64,000 nt of DNA from Minisyncoccota bacterium (GTDB taxonomy: Bacteria > Patescibacteriota > Minisyncoccia > Phycocordibacterales > Zambryskibacteraceae): NCBI GenBank assembly GCA_025450175.1, contig JANWHY010000008.1:56289-120288 (forward strand), written 5' to 3'. Positions within the stretch are counted from its first letter, which is position 1. Each line of letters begins with the position of its first letter. The notes beneath the pieces were generated by a model, which ran no database searches, was not told the DNA's origin, and saw nothing but the letters and a program-made list of their open reading frames with translations. Shown piece after piece: positions 9,552 to 18,872 of this stretch. A program made the translations under genes and the position numbers.

Positions 9552-10796
9552 CTATTTAAGTCTCAATGCCCAGAGGCTAAGGTCGCGCTTGTTGGTGAAG
9601 ATAAGATATTTTTCTTTTGGAGAAAGTTTGGGGTTAATTAGGTCGATGTCAGTACTTAGTTCTTGTTTGGGTTCTGCGAGAAGTTGAGCAATGTTTGAGG
9701 TAGTCTCAAACCTCCAAATGCGATCCGAGAACAGAGTCTCACCTCGATACCAACTATCCAAATTTTTTGGCACCAGGCCACTATTAGGAGATCCACAATA
9801 AACCACTTCGATTTCTACAGTACTCCAAATACATTTCTCAGCTAGCGTAGCTGAAGAAATTTCGGCATTAACATCTTTCTCTATATTGCGAGCCACTAGG
9901 TGTGTGGTGTTGCCGTCGCTGTAAGAATAGAGGACGCGACTACCAGAACTATTCGGTATTGCTACAAGTCCATTTAGAGGTCCAAGTAGTTTTGAGAGTG
10001 AGCCGCTCGAAGTATTGAGTCGGTACACTACGCCATCCGAGCTACTCTCAGCCTTGGGGTAGATAAGTACAATGTTGCCGCTGGCGGCGAGTCTCCAGTT
10101 GGTAAACTTAGATTCTAAAAGCGTTTTGGTATTGGCTCCGGTGAGAGTAGAGCTAACAATTCTAGCTGTGTCTGTAAGGGAGTAGATTAGAGTGTTGGAG
10201 GTGTCGAGAGCTACGCTACCGATCCGTCCACGGATCGGGGTGGCACTAACTGTATAGAAGTCTGTGGTTGTGCCTTGTTTGGGAGGAGTAAGGGCAATAG
10301 CCAAGTTCTCGATCTCGTCAGACTCGTCTCTAAGCGAGCGGAAAAGTGCTCCCGTACCGTCGTTTCGGAAGTAGGCCTCATAAGTCTTGGGCAAGGTGTT
10401 GTTGGTCAGGCGAGTCTTGGTAAAAGATTGAGAGCTTGTAGATATAGGGAGTACCACTTCATAGATATGCCCAGTTGCTCGCTCTGCGTATCTCACCACC
10501 ACATCGGTTCCTCTCTCGAAAATTACTGAGCCCGCGATAGGAGTATTGGCCAGGCGGAAAATATTTTTAGTTGGAGAGGAGAATTGATCGAATCCTGCCT
10601 CACCATTTTGTCCAGAACCGGACTCGTTCTGGTTCTGGGTTGTAGGAATATTAATATCCTCTCCAGATCCGAAGGGTAAACCATTCTCATCTAGAGAAAC
10701 TATTGGGTCCTCGGGTGTTTGGAAGAAGAAGTACCAAGCTCCTCCCGCAATAATAATGAGGAGTAGAAGGATCAAAATTAAATAAGTCTTTTTCAT
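9552..10796 (-). CDS. bitopic membrane protein, last gene of T4SS-like operon
   Basis: N-terminal TM MKKTYLILILLLLIIIAGGAWYFFF then a large extracytoplasmic S/T-rich domain; 3 nt after preceding gene. Confidence 0.6.
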   Translation of the reverse strand: MKKTYLILILLLLIIIAGGAWYFFFQTPEDPIVSLDENGLPFGSGEDINIPTTQNQNESGSGQNGEAGFDQFSSPTKNIFRLANTPIAGSVIFERGTDVVVRYAERATGHIYEVVLPISTSSQSFTKTRLTNNTLPKTYEAYFRNDGTGALFRSLRDESDEIENLAIALTPPKQGTTTDFYTVSATPIRGRIGSVALDTSNTLIYSLTDTARIVSSTLTGANTKTLLESKFTNWRLAASGNIVLIYPKAESSSDGVVYRLNTSSGSLSKLLGPLNGLVAIPNSSGSRVLYSYSDGNTTHLVARNIEKDVNAEISSATLAEKCIWSTVEIEVVYCGSPNSGLVPKNLDSWYRGETLFSDRIWRFETTSNIAQLLAEPKQELSTDIDLINPKLSPKEKYLIFTNKRDLSLWALRLK

Positions 10797-10799
10797 AAA

Positions 10800-11696
10800 T
10801 TAAAATGAGGCGTGCCAGTGATCATTGGTAGACGCAACTTCTCCCCCACACTTAGAACCTAGTGGTTCCCATAACCAGCGGCCACCTCCTGCTGAATATG
10901 TTTGGCAAGCTGATAGGGGAGCACTATTTGCAACTGTGCTATTTAATCTAATGTCTGAGCGTACATCTACAGCTATACCACTATAATGACTAGAACCTGT
11001 AGTGTGCCCACCCTCTGTGCCAGCAGTAATTACTATAGAACAATTACATGGAGTATTTCTTACAGCGACTAAGCCATTAATTACTGACGGTTGTAGGCCG
11101 TTAAGATTTACACAGTTTCTAGTTTGCCCTTCAATACAAGGTCCTCTGTAAGCACTTATACCAAAGGGTAACGATTGTCTAACTGCTGTATCAGCAGCTA
11201 TTTGTTCAGCTGTCATAGGTACACCTATTGTAGAGGCTCCGGTAGCTGGTGGATTATTAGGAATAGTTTGGCGTTCCAGCGTACTAAGATCGAAGTTAAC
11301 AAAAGGATTCTTATCATTTGGACTAATAGAATAGAGGATGAGCCATGCTCCGATCGCAAGGAGGAGTCCCCAGATAGCATTTGTGATTGTGCCCTTAGCA
11401 TTACCCTTCTCGGTAAAGGCCTCACTCGACATATACTTGATGCCTCCAATAATTATCATGAGCACAGCCAAGACTCCTGCAAGTGCGATGGTGAGCTTGA
11501 AGACTCCTACAAGATAAGCTGAAGCATTAGTCTTACATTCTGTATTGGCGGCACCAGTACATCCGCTTTCTTCCAAAGGAATAGGGGCAAGGAGATTGTA
11601 GTTAGTAGGTTGTGGAGTCTGGGCAAGGGCTCGCTCGGCATTCAGTAAGGATGTCGCACTTACTACTAACAACAAAAATGTAATTATTCTTATCAT
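10800..11696 (-). CDS. membrane-anchored M15/LAS-type peptidoglycan peptidase (VirB1/PrgK functional analogue)
   Basis: Signal peptide, two hydrophobic helices separated by a short loop (VirB2/TrbC-like topology), C-terminal domain with SSHYSGIAVDV (SxHxxGxAxD) and DHWHASF (E/D-x-W-H), the zinc motifs of VanY/M15 peptidases. Confidence 0.55.
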   Translation of the reverse strand: MIRIITFLLLVVSATSLLNAERALAQTPQPTNYNLLAPIPLEESGCTGAANTECKTNASAYLVGVFKLTIALAGVLAVLMIIIGGIKYMSSEAFTEKGNAKGTITNAIWGLLLAIGAWLILYSISPNDKNPFVNFDLSTLERQTIPNNPPATGASTIGVPMTAEQIAADTAVRQSLPFGISAYRGPCIEGQTRNCVNLNGLQPSVINGLVAVRNTPCNCSIVITAGTEGGHTTGSSHYSGIAVDVRSDIRLNSTVANSAPLSACQTYSAGGGRWLWEPLGSKCGGEVASTNDHWHASF

Positions 11697-12382
11697 AACG
11701 ATGGATTGACGCTACTTACATTCTTAAAGTTTATATTGAAGTTAGAGTGAGCATCTTGAGTGACGAGCTTAGAACTTCTTACCCTTAGAGATACTGTAGC
11801 TTCTCCTTCTGTATCCGCGGGGGCGCGATAGGTAACCATCCTAGTCTTACTCGTCTCTCCAGAGTTGGTCGTCCAGTTGTACTCTAGGTTGGAGTTACTA
11901 AAGAAGAGCGGGAAAGCTCCGAAGGTGACTTCTGCCCTCGGGAAGTTGTAGGTCTGTCTGACTGCTTCGTGGAACATGAAGCCATATAGAGGATTATCCT
12001 CAAATATGAGTAAGGAAGGAGCTTTGGGCACTATTATTATAGAGTTACTAGCTGCTACATTTTGCCCCGAGACTATCTCTAATCTAATCTCTTGAGGTCT
12101 TGAGAGGATGGAGTCGGTGTAGCTAATAGAAGAGCGACCAATGCCTGAGGCGTTGCCGAGTACCGTACCATTCCTAATCCAGCGGTAATTGAGGTTACTA
12201 GCACTACCAAGTCCAGTAGGCATAGCGACGAGAGTGATGGTCGATTCCTTAGACCACAGGCTCTTACCTAAGTAGAAGGGGGGTGTGTATGTCTCCCCTT
12301 GCCAGAGGATATCGACACTTTGAGCCCTTAGAAAGATAGGAGTAAGGAACAATAGAGAGAGTATTACAAAGAATTTCATCAT
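11693..12382 (-). CDS. secreted hypothetical protein of T4SS-like operon
   Basis: Cleavable signal peptide MMKFFVILSLLFLTPIFLRAQS; 4-nt overlaps with both neighbours. Confidence 0.6.
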   Translation of the reverse strand: MMKFFVILSLLFLTPIFLRAQSVDILWQGETYTPPFYLGKSLWSKESTITLVAMPTGLGSASNLNYRWIRNGTVLGNASGIGRSSISYTDSILSRPQEIRLEIVSGQNVAASNSIIIVPKAPSLLIFEDNPLYGFMFHEAVRQTYNFPRAEVTFGAFPLFFSNSNLEYNWTTNSGETSKTRMVTYRAPADTEGEATVSLRVRSSKLVTQDAHSNFNINFKNVSSVNPSL

Positions 12383-12735
12383 TTCATTATATCTAATTTT
12401 GTTATGCCTTCTCCAGGGATAACTTTCTTAAGCTTCTTACTCAGAGCCAGGTAACTTACGGCAGCAGTCCAGGCTGGTATTGAGGCAAGGAATGGGACTG
12501 GAATTATTTCTAGAAGAGAGGCCCCACCGAAGGCTAGGATCCTCTTTGGCTTAGTGAAACTTATGTTATAGAACTTAAACCAGACATAGAAAGTGAGTCC
12601 GGCGAAGATCCCCACCACCCATCCCATATAAATAAACCCGAGTAATATCTGGAGGAAGTCAAAGAAGACTGCCACCGCAATCATAAATACTACGGTATGA
12701 GACTTAATCTCCTTTTCTTCTTTATTGCCCCACAT
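12379..12735 (-). CDS. small polytopic membrane protein of T4SS-like operon
   Basis: 3-4 TM helices; track ORF to 12774 overlaps the VirB4 C-terminus, Met at 12735 (MWGNKEE) more plausible. Confidence 0.5.
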   Translation of the reverse strand: MWGNKEEKEIKSHTVVFMIAVAVFFDFLQILLGFIYMGWVVGIFAGLTFYVWFKFYNISFTKPKRILAFGGASLLEIIPVPFLASIPAWTAAVSYLALSKKLKKVIPGEGITKLDIMK

Positions 12736-14602
12736 TTTTAGCTTTGGCCTCTTGCATCTCCTTATATCTCGCAAGTTCTACGGCCTCCTTCTCTGCAATG
12801 GCCTCGCGCTTAGCTTGTTTGATAGCCAAGATCTGTCCAGGATCAGAGGTAATGATCTGGTCTTCGGTGTAGGAGGCAATGTTCTTGATAGCGACGTGCT
12901 TCAGGCCGGCGAAGAAGATGCCCTCACCCACATCGGACTCGAGTAAGAGGTACTTCTCCTCGTCGGTGAGGTTAAAAACCTTCTGCAACTCATCTATAGT
13001 AGTGGGAGATTGCTTGAGAAGCATCTGGATCGAAGAGTTGGTAATAATAGGCACACCATAAGGACTCTTGAGGAAGTCCCCCACATCTTGAGTAATAGTA
13101 GCTACTCCGAGGAAGTATTTGCGACCACGCTTGACGAGGCCCATGAGGAAGGAGGCTGTGTCCTCAGACTTCATCATCCACCAGGCTTCGTCGATGACGA
13201 GTAGGCGCTTCTTAAGATCCTTCCTAATAGCGTTCCAGATAAAGTGGGTCACGATGTACATGGCGATGGGCTTGAGCTCATCTTCCATATCGCGGAGAGA
13301 GAAGACCACAAACTTCTTATTGATATCGACGTTCGAAGGGCGGTTGATGAAGCCGGCCCAAGTACCCTTAGTATATTTAGATAATCTTTGTGCTAGTGAC
13401 TCCCCTCCGGACATGCCTGAGAGCACAAGTTCGAAGTCAGACATGAGTGGAGCTTCGACATTGGTGAAGTCGGAGTCAGCGGTAATATCTTTTAGCGCAT
13501 ATGTCTCGGTGATAGCGCGGTCGATGATGGCATCTTCTTCGGCAGTAAGACCACCCATCATAAGTCGGAAGAGACCTACGAGGTTGATGATGTTAGAACG
13601 GAGGATATTGGCCGCGCTCTCGTCGGGCCCGGGAGGGGCTAGGTCGAATGGGTTTATATGGTGCTCAGAGTTGAGAGAGATGTTGAAGTAGCGGCCACCA
13701 GTGGCATCGGCCATGTACTCATACTCTTTCTCAGGGTCGATGACGATGACCTCAGTATCAAACATTAAGGTACGCAAGATCTCGAGCTTAGTAGCATAAG
13801 ACTTACCAGCACCAGCCTTGGCGAACATTACAGAGTTATAGTTCTCAAGTGAGAAGCGGTCGAAGAGTACTAAGGATGAGTTGTGTCTGTTGATACCGTA
13901 GAGGATACCCTTATCAGAAGTTAGGTCGAAGGAGGTGAATGGAAAGAGTGATGAGAGAGGAGAAGAGTTGAGCTTGGAGTGTACACCGAGGAGGTCGTTG
14001 CCTAAGGGGAGGGTACTCTTATAACCTTGCTCTTGTTGGAAGAGAGCGGGCTTTACGTAAATTAATTTTGCCTCGAGGATTGACTTGATCTCGGACTCCA
14101 CCTTGTCGAGCTCTGCCTCAGACTCTCCATATATAGTCATATATAGACCGACGTCGAAGAGCTTCTCTTGAGCTTGTTGGAGTTGGTCGCGCAAATTCTC
14201 GAGATCTTGGTATGCGATATCGAGCATTGGGTCTCGGACTAAGCCCTTCTCTTCTCGGGAGTGGATCTGAGATTGTACCTCGGCAACCTTCCTCTGGAAT
14301 TGGCGTAGGACGCGCGCTGTCTCAATAGGATGGACGAAGATCGAGACGTCGAAGACCTTGTCCATATTTATAATAGGAGCAAACCAACCTTCTGTAAGAA
14401 AGCGTGGGTAAGAGATGACGAAGAAGGTGCGCAAGATCTTCTCGCCGAGGTTAATCTCCTTGGGGGTGATCTTCAATGCGGAGGGGGCAATGATGTCCTT
14501 AAGCTCCAAGGCGCCGGCCTCGAAAATCTCTTTCGGTAAGATCGAGCTAATATCCTGCTTAGCTTCTCCCTTCTTGCCTAAAATTTTGTCGAAAATTCCC
14601 AT
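12722..14602 (-). CDS. VirB4/TrbE/CagE-family type IV secretion ATPase (ATPase portion)
   Basis: Walker A FAKAGAGKSY, Walker B LLVIDEAWWMM, ~620 aa. Confidence 0.9.
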   Translation of the reverse strand: MGIFDKILGKKGEAKQDISSILPKEIFEAGALELKDIIAPSALKITPKEINLGEKILRTFFVISYPRFLTEGWFAPIINMDKVFDVSIFVHPIETARVLRQFQRKVAEVQSQIHSREEKGLVRDPMLDIAYQDLENLRDQLQQAQEKLFDVGLYMTIYGESEAELDKVESEIKSILEAKLIYVKPALFQQEQGYKSTLPLGNDLLGVHSKLNSSPLSSLFPFTSFDLTSDKGILYGINRHNSSLVLFDRFSLENYNSVMFAKAGAGKSYATKLEILRTLMFDTEVIVIDPEKEYEYMADATGGRYFNISLNSEHHINPFDLAPPGPDESAANILRSNIINLVGLFRLMMGGLTAEEDAIIDRAITETYALKDITADSDFTNVEAPLMSDFELVLSGMSGGESLAQRLSKYTKGTWAGFINRPSNVDINKKFVVFSLRDMEDELKPIAMYIVTHFIWNAIRKDLKKRLLVIDEAWWMMKSEDTASFLMGLVKRGRKYFLGVATITQDVGDFLKSPYGVPIITNSSIQMLLKQSPTTIDELQKVFNLTDEEKYLLLESDVGEGIFFAGLKHVAIKNIASYTEDQIITSDPGQILAIKQAKREAIAEKEAVELARYKEMQEAKAKNVGQ

Positions 14603-14606
14603 AATA

Positions 14607-15263
14607 TTATGCTATCTTTATTGGCTTCTCTGTCTCGCCAGGGTTAAAGGCTTTGTAGAAAAGCTCGATCACTTCTTCTGTACCAAGGCGAGCGACTCGG
14701 ATACCACTTCTTACCAAACCTTGCTCGACCACGGACATGCGCTCTTCGAGCTGGGTGCGGTTCTCATCGAAGCCGCTACTCGAGACTCCCGCGGAGGTCT
14801 CTGTCTTCTTGCCCAGCCCGAATTGCGCCGCGAGACCCTTGAGCCCACTCTCTCCCCCAGTTGAGCCGAGTACTGCCGGGGTATAAGGCACGACGATAAA
14901 GAAGTTCTTGGTCATGATGTTGGTGCTCTCAGTAAAACTTCGTACGAACTCAATATATTCTCGCACTTGGATCTTCATGAGGTTATTGGTTTGGGCCTTC
15001 TCTTGCCCTTCGAGTAGTGCAATGTATGGGCGGATGTCGAGCTTCCGCGACTGGATGACTATCTCTATAGAGAAGTCGAGTGAGTTGAGGAAGTCTTGGA
15101 ACTGGAGGAGGATGGCATTCTTCTCATCCTCAGACTTCAGAGAGAAGTTGAGAGAAGAACACAAGAGGAGAGCACGCATGCTGTCATCCTTGAGTACGAT
15201 GATGCCATCCTTAACCTCTTTTATGGGCACAAACTCTTGAGTTGCGTTAGTTTTCTCAGCCAT
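14607..15263 (-). CDS. hypothetical protein, possibly the detached N-terminal domain of VirB4
   Basis: 218 aa soluble protein ending 4 nt before the VirB4 ATPase start, different frame; 218+626 aa approximates a full-length VirB4. Confidence 0.55.
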   Translation of the reverse strand: MAEKTNATQEFVPIKEVKDGIIVLKDDSMRALLLCSSLNFSLKSEDEKNAILLQFQDFLNSLDFSIEIVIQSRKLDIRPYIALLEGQEKAQTNNLMKIQVREYIEFVRSFTESTNIMTKNFFIVVPYTPAVLGSTGGESGLKGLAAQFGLGKKTETSAGVSSSGFDENRTQLEERMSVVEQGLVRSGIRVARLGTEEVIELFYKAFNPGETEKPIKIA

Positions 15264-15284
15264 TACTTATGATTTTATCACCTT

Positions 15285-15719
15285 TTACTCCGAAATCTTA
15301 TCCTTAGTGACAGGATTTTGATTACTTTGGAGATCTAATTGCCAAGTAAGGTCTTTGAGCTTCGAATCTGAGAGCTTAGGCACGTATACTTGCTCTATGT
15401 CTGCGTCACCTTCTTCTCCTCTAGTTCTTATTACGGTCTTCTCCTCCTTCTTCCAAATATAAAGTTTGTTAGTGGTGTGGAACTTGAGAAAAGCCTCGAC
15501 CATATTAATGAAGGGTTTGTCATTTACCTTGTAGAAAGCTAGGGCTGCACCGAAGAGGATGGCCGGTAAGGCCAAGAGTATAGCTATAAACTTGGGTAGG
15601 ATGAGGAAGAGGACAACAGCCACAGCCACTCCTCCACCCACGTAGATAAACTGTTTAAAGGTCAGTGGACCAAATATCTTATCTTCTACTTCTATAAATT
15701 GTGGTACCTGGAATCTCAT
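15285..15719 (-). CDS. VirB3-like small two-TM protein
   Basis: 144 aa, two adjacent TM helices (GGGVAVAVVLFLILPKFIAILLALPAILFGAALAF), positioned just upstream of VirB4 as VirB3/PrgI-like proteins are. Confidence 0.5.
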   Translation of the reverse strand: MRFQVPQFIEVEDKIFGPLTFKQFIYVGGGVAVAVVLFLILPKFIAILLALPAILFGAALAFYKVNDKPFINMVEAFLKFHTTNKLYIWKKEEKTVIRTRGEEGDADIEQVYVPKLSDSKLKDLTWQLDLQSNQNPVTKDKISE

Positions 15720-16573
15720 GTTTGTTCTCTATAAGGATCTTTGCCTCCCCCATAACGATAATCTGGTAGTGAAACCTTTTCTGCCCCGACGCTTGCGGTC
15801 GGAGTGGGCGCTGGTTGCATAGGTTTGATAACTGCCTCCTTAGATTCTTTGTTGATGATTATAGTGGGTTCAAATGTTTGGGGCTTACTTTCTATCCCTG
15901 TCACATACTGCTTAATACTTATTGGTGGGGGTGGGGTTGCGGGAGTAGGAGTTGGAGCAGCTGTCTTAGGTGGAGTTTGTTGTGTAGGCGTTGGTGTCGG
16001 TAGAGAGGGACTTGTCCCGTACCGAGCTAGCTCTGGTACGGGATGAATCTCTGGGGCTATCTCTAGAGCTTTCCCAGAATTATTTATTTCAGATGATGGG
16101 ATGTATGGTTTCTCCCCCATACTTATCCGCTTTTCTATAAGCTGTTTCATTACATCTTGCTTGGATTCTTTGACAGGAACTGATACTGGCTTTATTGCTG
16201 GTGCTACTTGAGCTGCTCCCGGTATACCTTTTTTGTTTACTTCAATAAAATCTTTTATATCAATGCTGTATTTGCTGAAAACTTTTTCTTCCAAAGTGGA
16301 TCTAAGTACAGAAAGATCTGTGGCATTCTTCCCAATAAGTTTTGCAATATTATTTATTGCATCCCCAAGACTTTGAAGACAATACATAGCGTACAGGATC
16401 TCACTATCTGCAGAATTTGATTGATCATCATTAAGCCCCATTTCTTTCAAGGTTTTAGCGATAAGCTCTGTGGTCTCATTGTCCATTATTAAATCCTGAA
16501 CCTTTGGAGGGAGTTTTTTGTAGGCATTTCTAGTTTGTTCTGATGTGAAAGTCATTTTATGGGAAGCTAGCAA
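15716..16573 (-). CDS. hypothetical protein with Pro/Thr-rich linker
   Basis: TPTPTQQTPPKTAAPTPTPATPPPP low-complexity spacer; translationally coupled within the operon. Confidence 0.55.
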   Translation of the reverse strand: MLASHKMTFTSEQTRNAYKKLPPKVQDLIMDNETTELIAKTLKEMGLNDDQSNSADSEILYAMYCLQSLGDAINNIAKLIGKNATDLSVLRSTLEEKVFSKYSIDIKDFIEVNKKGIPGAAQVAPAIKPVSVPVKESKQDVMKQLIEKRISMGEKPYIPSSEINNSGKALEIAPEIHPVPELARYGTSPSLPTPTPTQQTPPKTAAPTPTPATPPPPISIKQYVTGIESKPQTFEPTIIINKESKEAVIKPMQPAPTPTASVGAEKVSLPDYRYGGGKDPYREQT

Positions 16574-18872
16574 TTCCAGCTGGGCTTAATAGCCATGTAT
16601 GTGTTCTGTGTGTGGCTGGAAGTGTTGCCAGAATGTAAGTACGTAAGGTTGAAACATCCGCTGGGTTCATTTCTGGGGCCATGCGCTTCAATAATTCCGG
16701 AGTATAAGTCTCTGCCATAGTAGGAGTCTGGAGGTCTGTCATATCAAGAGATGCAATCTCTTTATGACCCAATCCTTTTACTATTGTTTGAGCAGTTGCA
16801 ACAGCAGCAACAAACCCGGCAGCGTTACCAGCTGCATGGGCGGTATTACCAGTAGCCAATGCTGTTCTAAGCGGCTGCCTTCTTGCTGTTCGCAAAGCAC
16901 CTTTTTGGCTTGTGGTAAATTTAGTACTCTTGTTTACGGTATCAATTTGGGATGGTTGCATTTGTGATACAAAATCAGCATTTCCTAGATGATCTGGATT
17001 AATCATCTCCAACTCAGTATCAGAGAGCCTTCTAATATTTGCTCGAACACTAGCTGCACCAGGTCCGCCGGGAGCTATAGCAGTATTTATCTCCCCAAAC
17101 CTTCTATTCTTAAGATTATCTTTCTCTGCTTCTGAGAATTTATCACTCTTATTTATAGCATCAAGTTGTTGGACGCTTACTCTATTTGCAAATTCTTGAC
17201 TATTAAGTAGGGAGCGATTGGATTCGACAATAGCCTCTATTTCTTTAGTTGTGGAATTACTAATAGCCTTTTCGAGCTTATTTGCTTGAGGTTGTAGGAC
17301 TGCCAATCTAGCTGTTTGCGCAGCCGTCGGCGTTCCTCCGGCAGCAGTAACTACTGCGTTAATGGTGTCTATTTCCTGGGCCGCAGCGAGATTCCCTTGA
17401 TCTGTGATGGCCAATTCAGCATCAGCTTTCCTGCCTCTCTCTACCCTAGTCTTGCGAGAGTCAGTACCAGGTCTCTCAAGGAATTCTCGGACTGCTTTTC
17501 TTTCTGCCTCAACTCCACCTTGGCCTCCAGCATTTCCCACATCTAGACCGGCCCCACCAAGCATTCCTCCCACCTTGGTTCCTCTAACATCGAATGATCC
17601 TTTTCTAGTTTTGTCTATTGTTGCCAAACTCAAACGAGCAAATGAACTATTTGGAGAGGCGGCCTCCATTCTTTTGTACATCTTACTTTCTTTGAATACT
17701 TCAGCTCCTGCGCCGAGGGTGTATCTACCCGCTCTTCCAGCTAATCCAAATGAAGCCCCACCCGCGGCTCCGGTGGCCCACTTGGTAAGACCAGATACTG
17801 CAGGTCCAGCCATGTTGGAAACATTTTTAGCAATTATTAGTGAGGCGATTAAAAATGCGATAACTATAATAAAGTTCACTAAAATCTGCACAGAACTTTG
17901 AGGTGGAAGATTTACGGCCCCACTAGCAACAGCACTCCCAGCAATTTTTGCCCAATTCTCTGGGTTCGATGGTAGACCCTTTGCGACCACTATGACTACC
18001 CATGTAAGTAGAAAATATATTGGAGCAAAGAATGCTTGACCTAAAAGAGCATTTTGCCACTGGGTTCGATACTTCCCAAGCTCTGGCATTATAAAGCCCA
18101 TAAAAGCTAGTGGAGAAAGAATGATTACAAAAATTAATACCACATAACGAATAATAAACATTATAGAGATAGCAAAGAAGACAAATGCCGCAATCATGGT
18201 GACTATCGTACCCATCACGCCGATGACAAGTAATTGCTTATCGTCAATAGTATCTATTTTCCAGAGATTCTGGAGTCCTAAGGGCTGCATCAAACTATTA
18301 GAAATTCCCCTACTTATATCTAGAGAAAGGGCCCCGGGGGCAATGGCATCATAGAAAGTAATAGCTAAAACATTTGAGGCATCAATTACCACCTTGGTAA
18401 AGAAGAGGCTGAAGTTTATAAGTATGGCAACTACGATAACCTTCATGATTAACTTTTGAGTCTCACCACCCAGACCAAGAATTGTTTTAATAGCGGCATA
18501 GAGAAGTATGAAAATAAAACACATATTCGCGACATCTCTTATTGCTGTCCAAGCCTTATTGATAAAATCTGCACTCGATAAATTATCAGCCATGAGAACC
18601 ACCGTATATTGAGTAACAAAGTTTAAGACAGCTCCACTAAGAAAAGTGAAGTAAGCTCCAATAGTTAGGACTAAAATAGATACATTCCCTAAGGCTTTAG
18701 TTACCCAAGTGATCGGATTAAGTGCGGCGAGTAAGCCACCCTCACTACTAACCGAACCCCAAGCCGTTCCAAGAACTGCCTCCGCGTTTTGAGGCATTAT
18801 TAATAACCCAACTATAAATATAGAGGCTAGTATGGGTAGAAAATTAATTTGTATAAAAATCTTTTTCATCAA
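16557..18872 (-). CDS. VirB6/TrbL-like polytopic membrane protein with long Gly/Ala-rich C-terminal domain
   Basis: Signal peptide plus >=7 TM helices in N-terminal 400 aa, hydrophilic C-terminal ~370 aa; architecture of Gram-positive VirB6 homologues. Confidence 0.6.
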   Translation of the reverse strand: MMKKIFIQINFLPILASIFIVGLLIMPQNAEAVLGTAWGSVSSEGGLLAALNPITWVTKALGNVSILVLTIGAYFTFLSGAVLNFVTQYTVVLMADNLSSADFINKAWTAIRDVANMCFIFILLYAAIKTILGLGGETQKLIMKVIVVAILINFSLFFTKVVIDASNVLAITFYDAIAPGALSLDISRGISNSLMQPLGLQNLWKIDTIDDKQLLVIGVMGTIVTMIAAFVFFAISIMFIIRYVVLIFVIILSPLAFMGFIMPELGKYRTQWQNALLGQAFFAPIYFLLTWVVIVVAKGLPSNPENWAKIAGSAVASGAVNLPPQSSVQILVNFIIVIAFLIASLIIAKNVSNMAGPAVSGLTKWATGAAGGASFGLAGRAGRYTLGAGAEVFKESKMYKRMEAASPNSSFARLSLATIDKTRKGSFDVRGTKVGGMLGGAGLDVGNAGGQGGVEAERKAVREFLERPGTDSRKTRVERGRKADAELAITDQGNLAAAQEIDTINAVVTAAGGTPTAAQTARLAVLQPQANKLEKAISNSTTKEIEAIVESNRSLLNSQEFANRVSVQQLDAINKSDKFSEAEKDNLKNRRFGEINTAIAPGGPGAASVRANIRRLSDTELEMINPDHLGNADFVSQMQPSQIDTVNKSTKFTTSQKGALRTARRQPLRTALATGNTAHAAGNAAGFVAAVATAQTIVKGLGHKEIASLDMTDLQTPTMAETYTPELLKRMAPEMNPADVSTLRTYILATLPATHRTHTWLLSPAGIASFP

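Noticed and set aside
13119-13691. Long plus-strand ORFs antisense to VirB4 and neighbours (13119..13691, 14415..14864, 17404..17901, 14908..15240)
   Set aside because: Shadow ORFs inside strongly supported minus-strand genes, with low-complexity translations.
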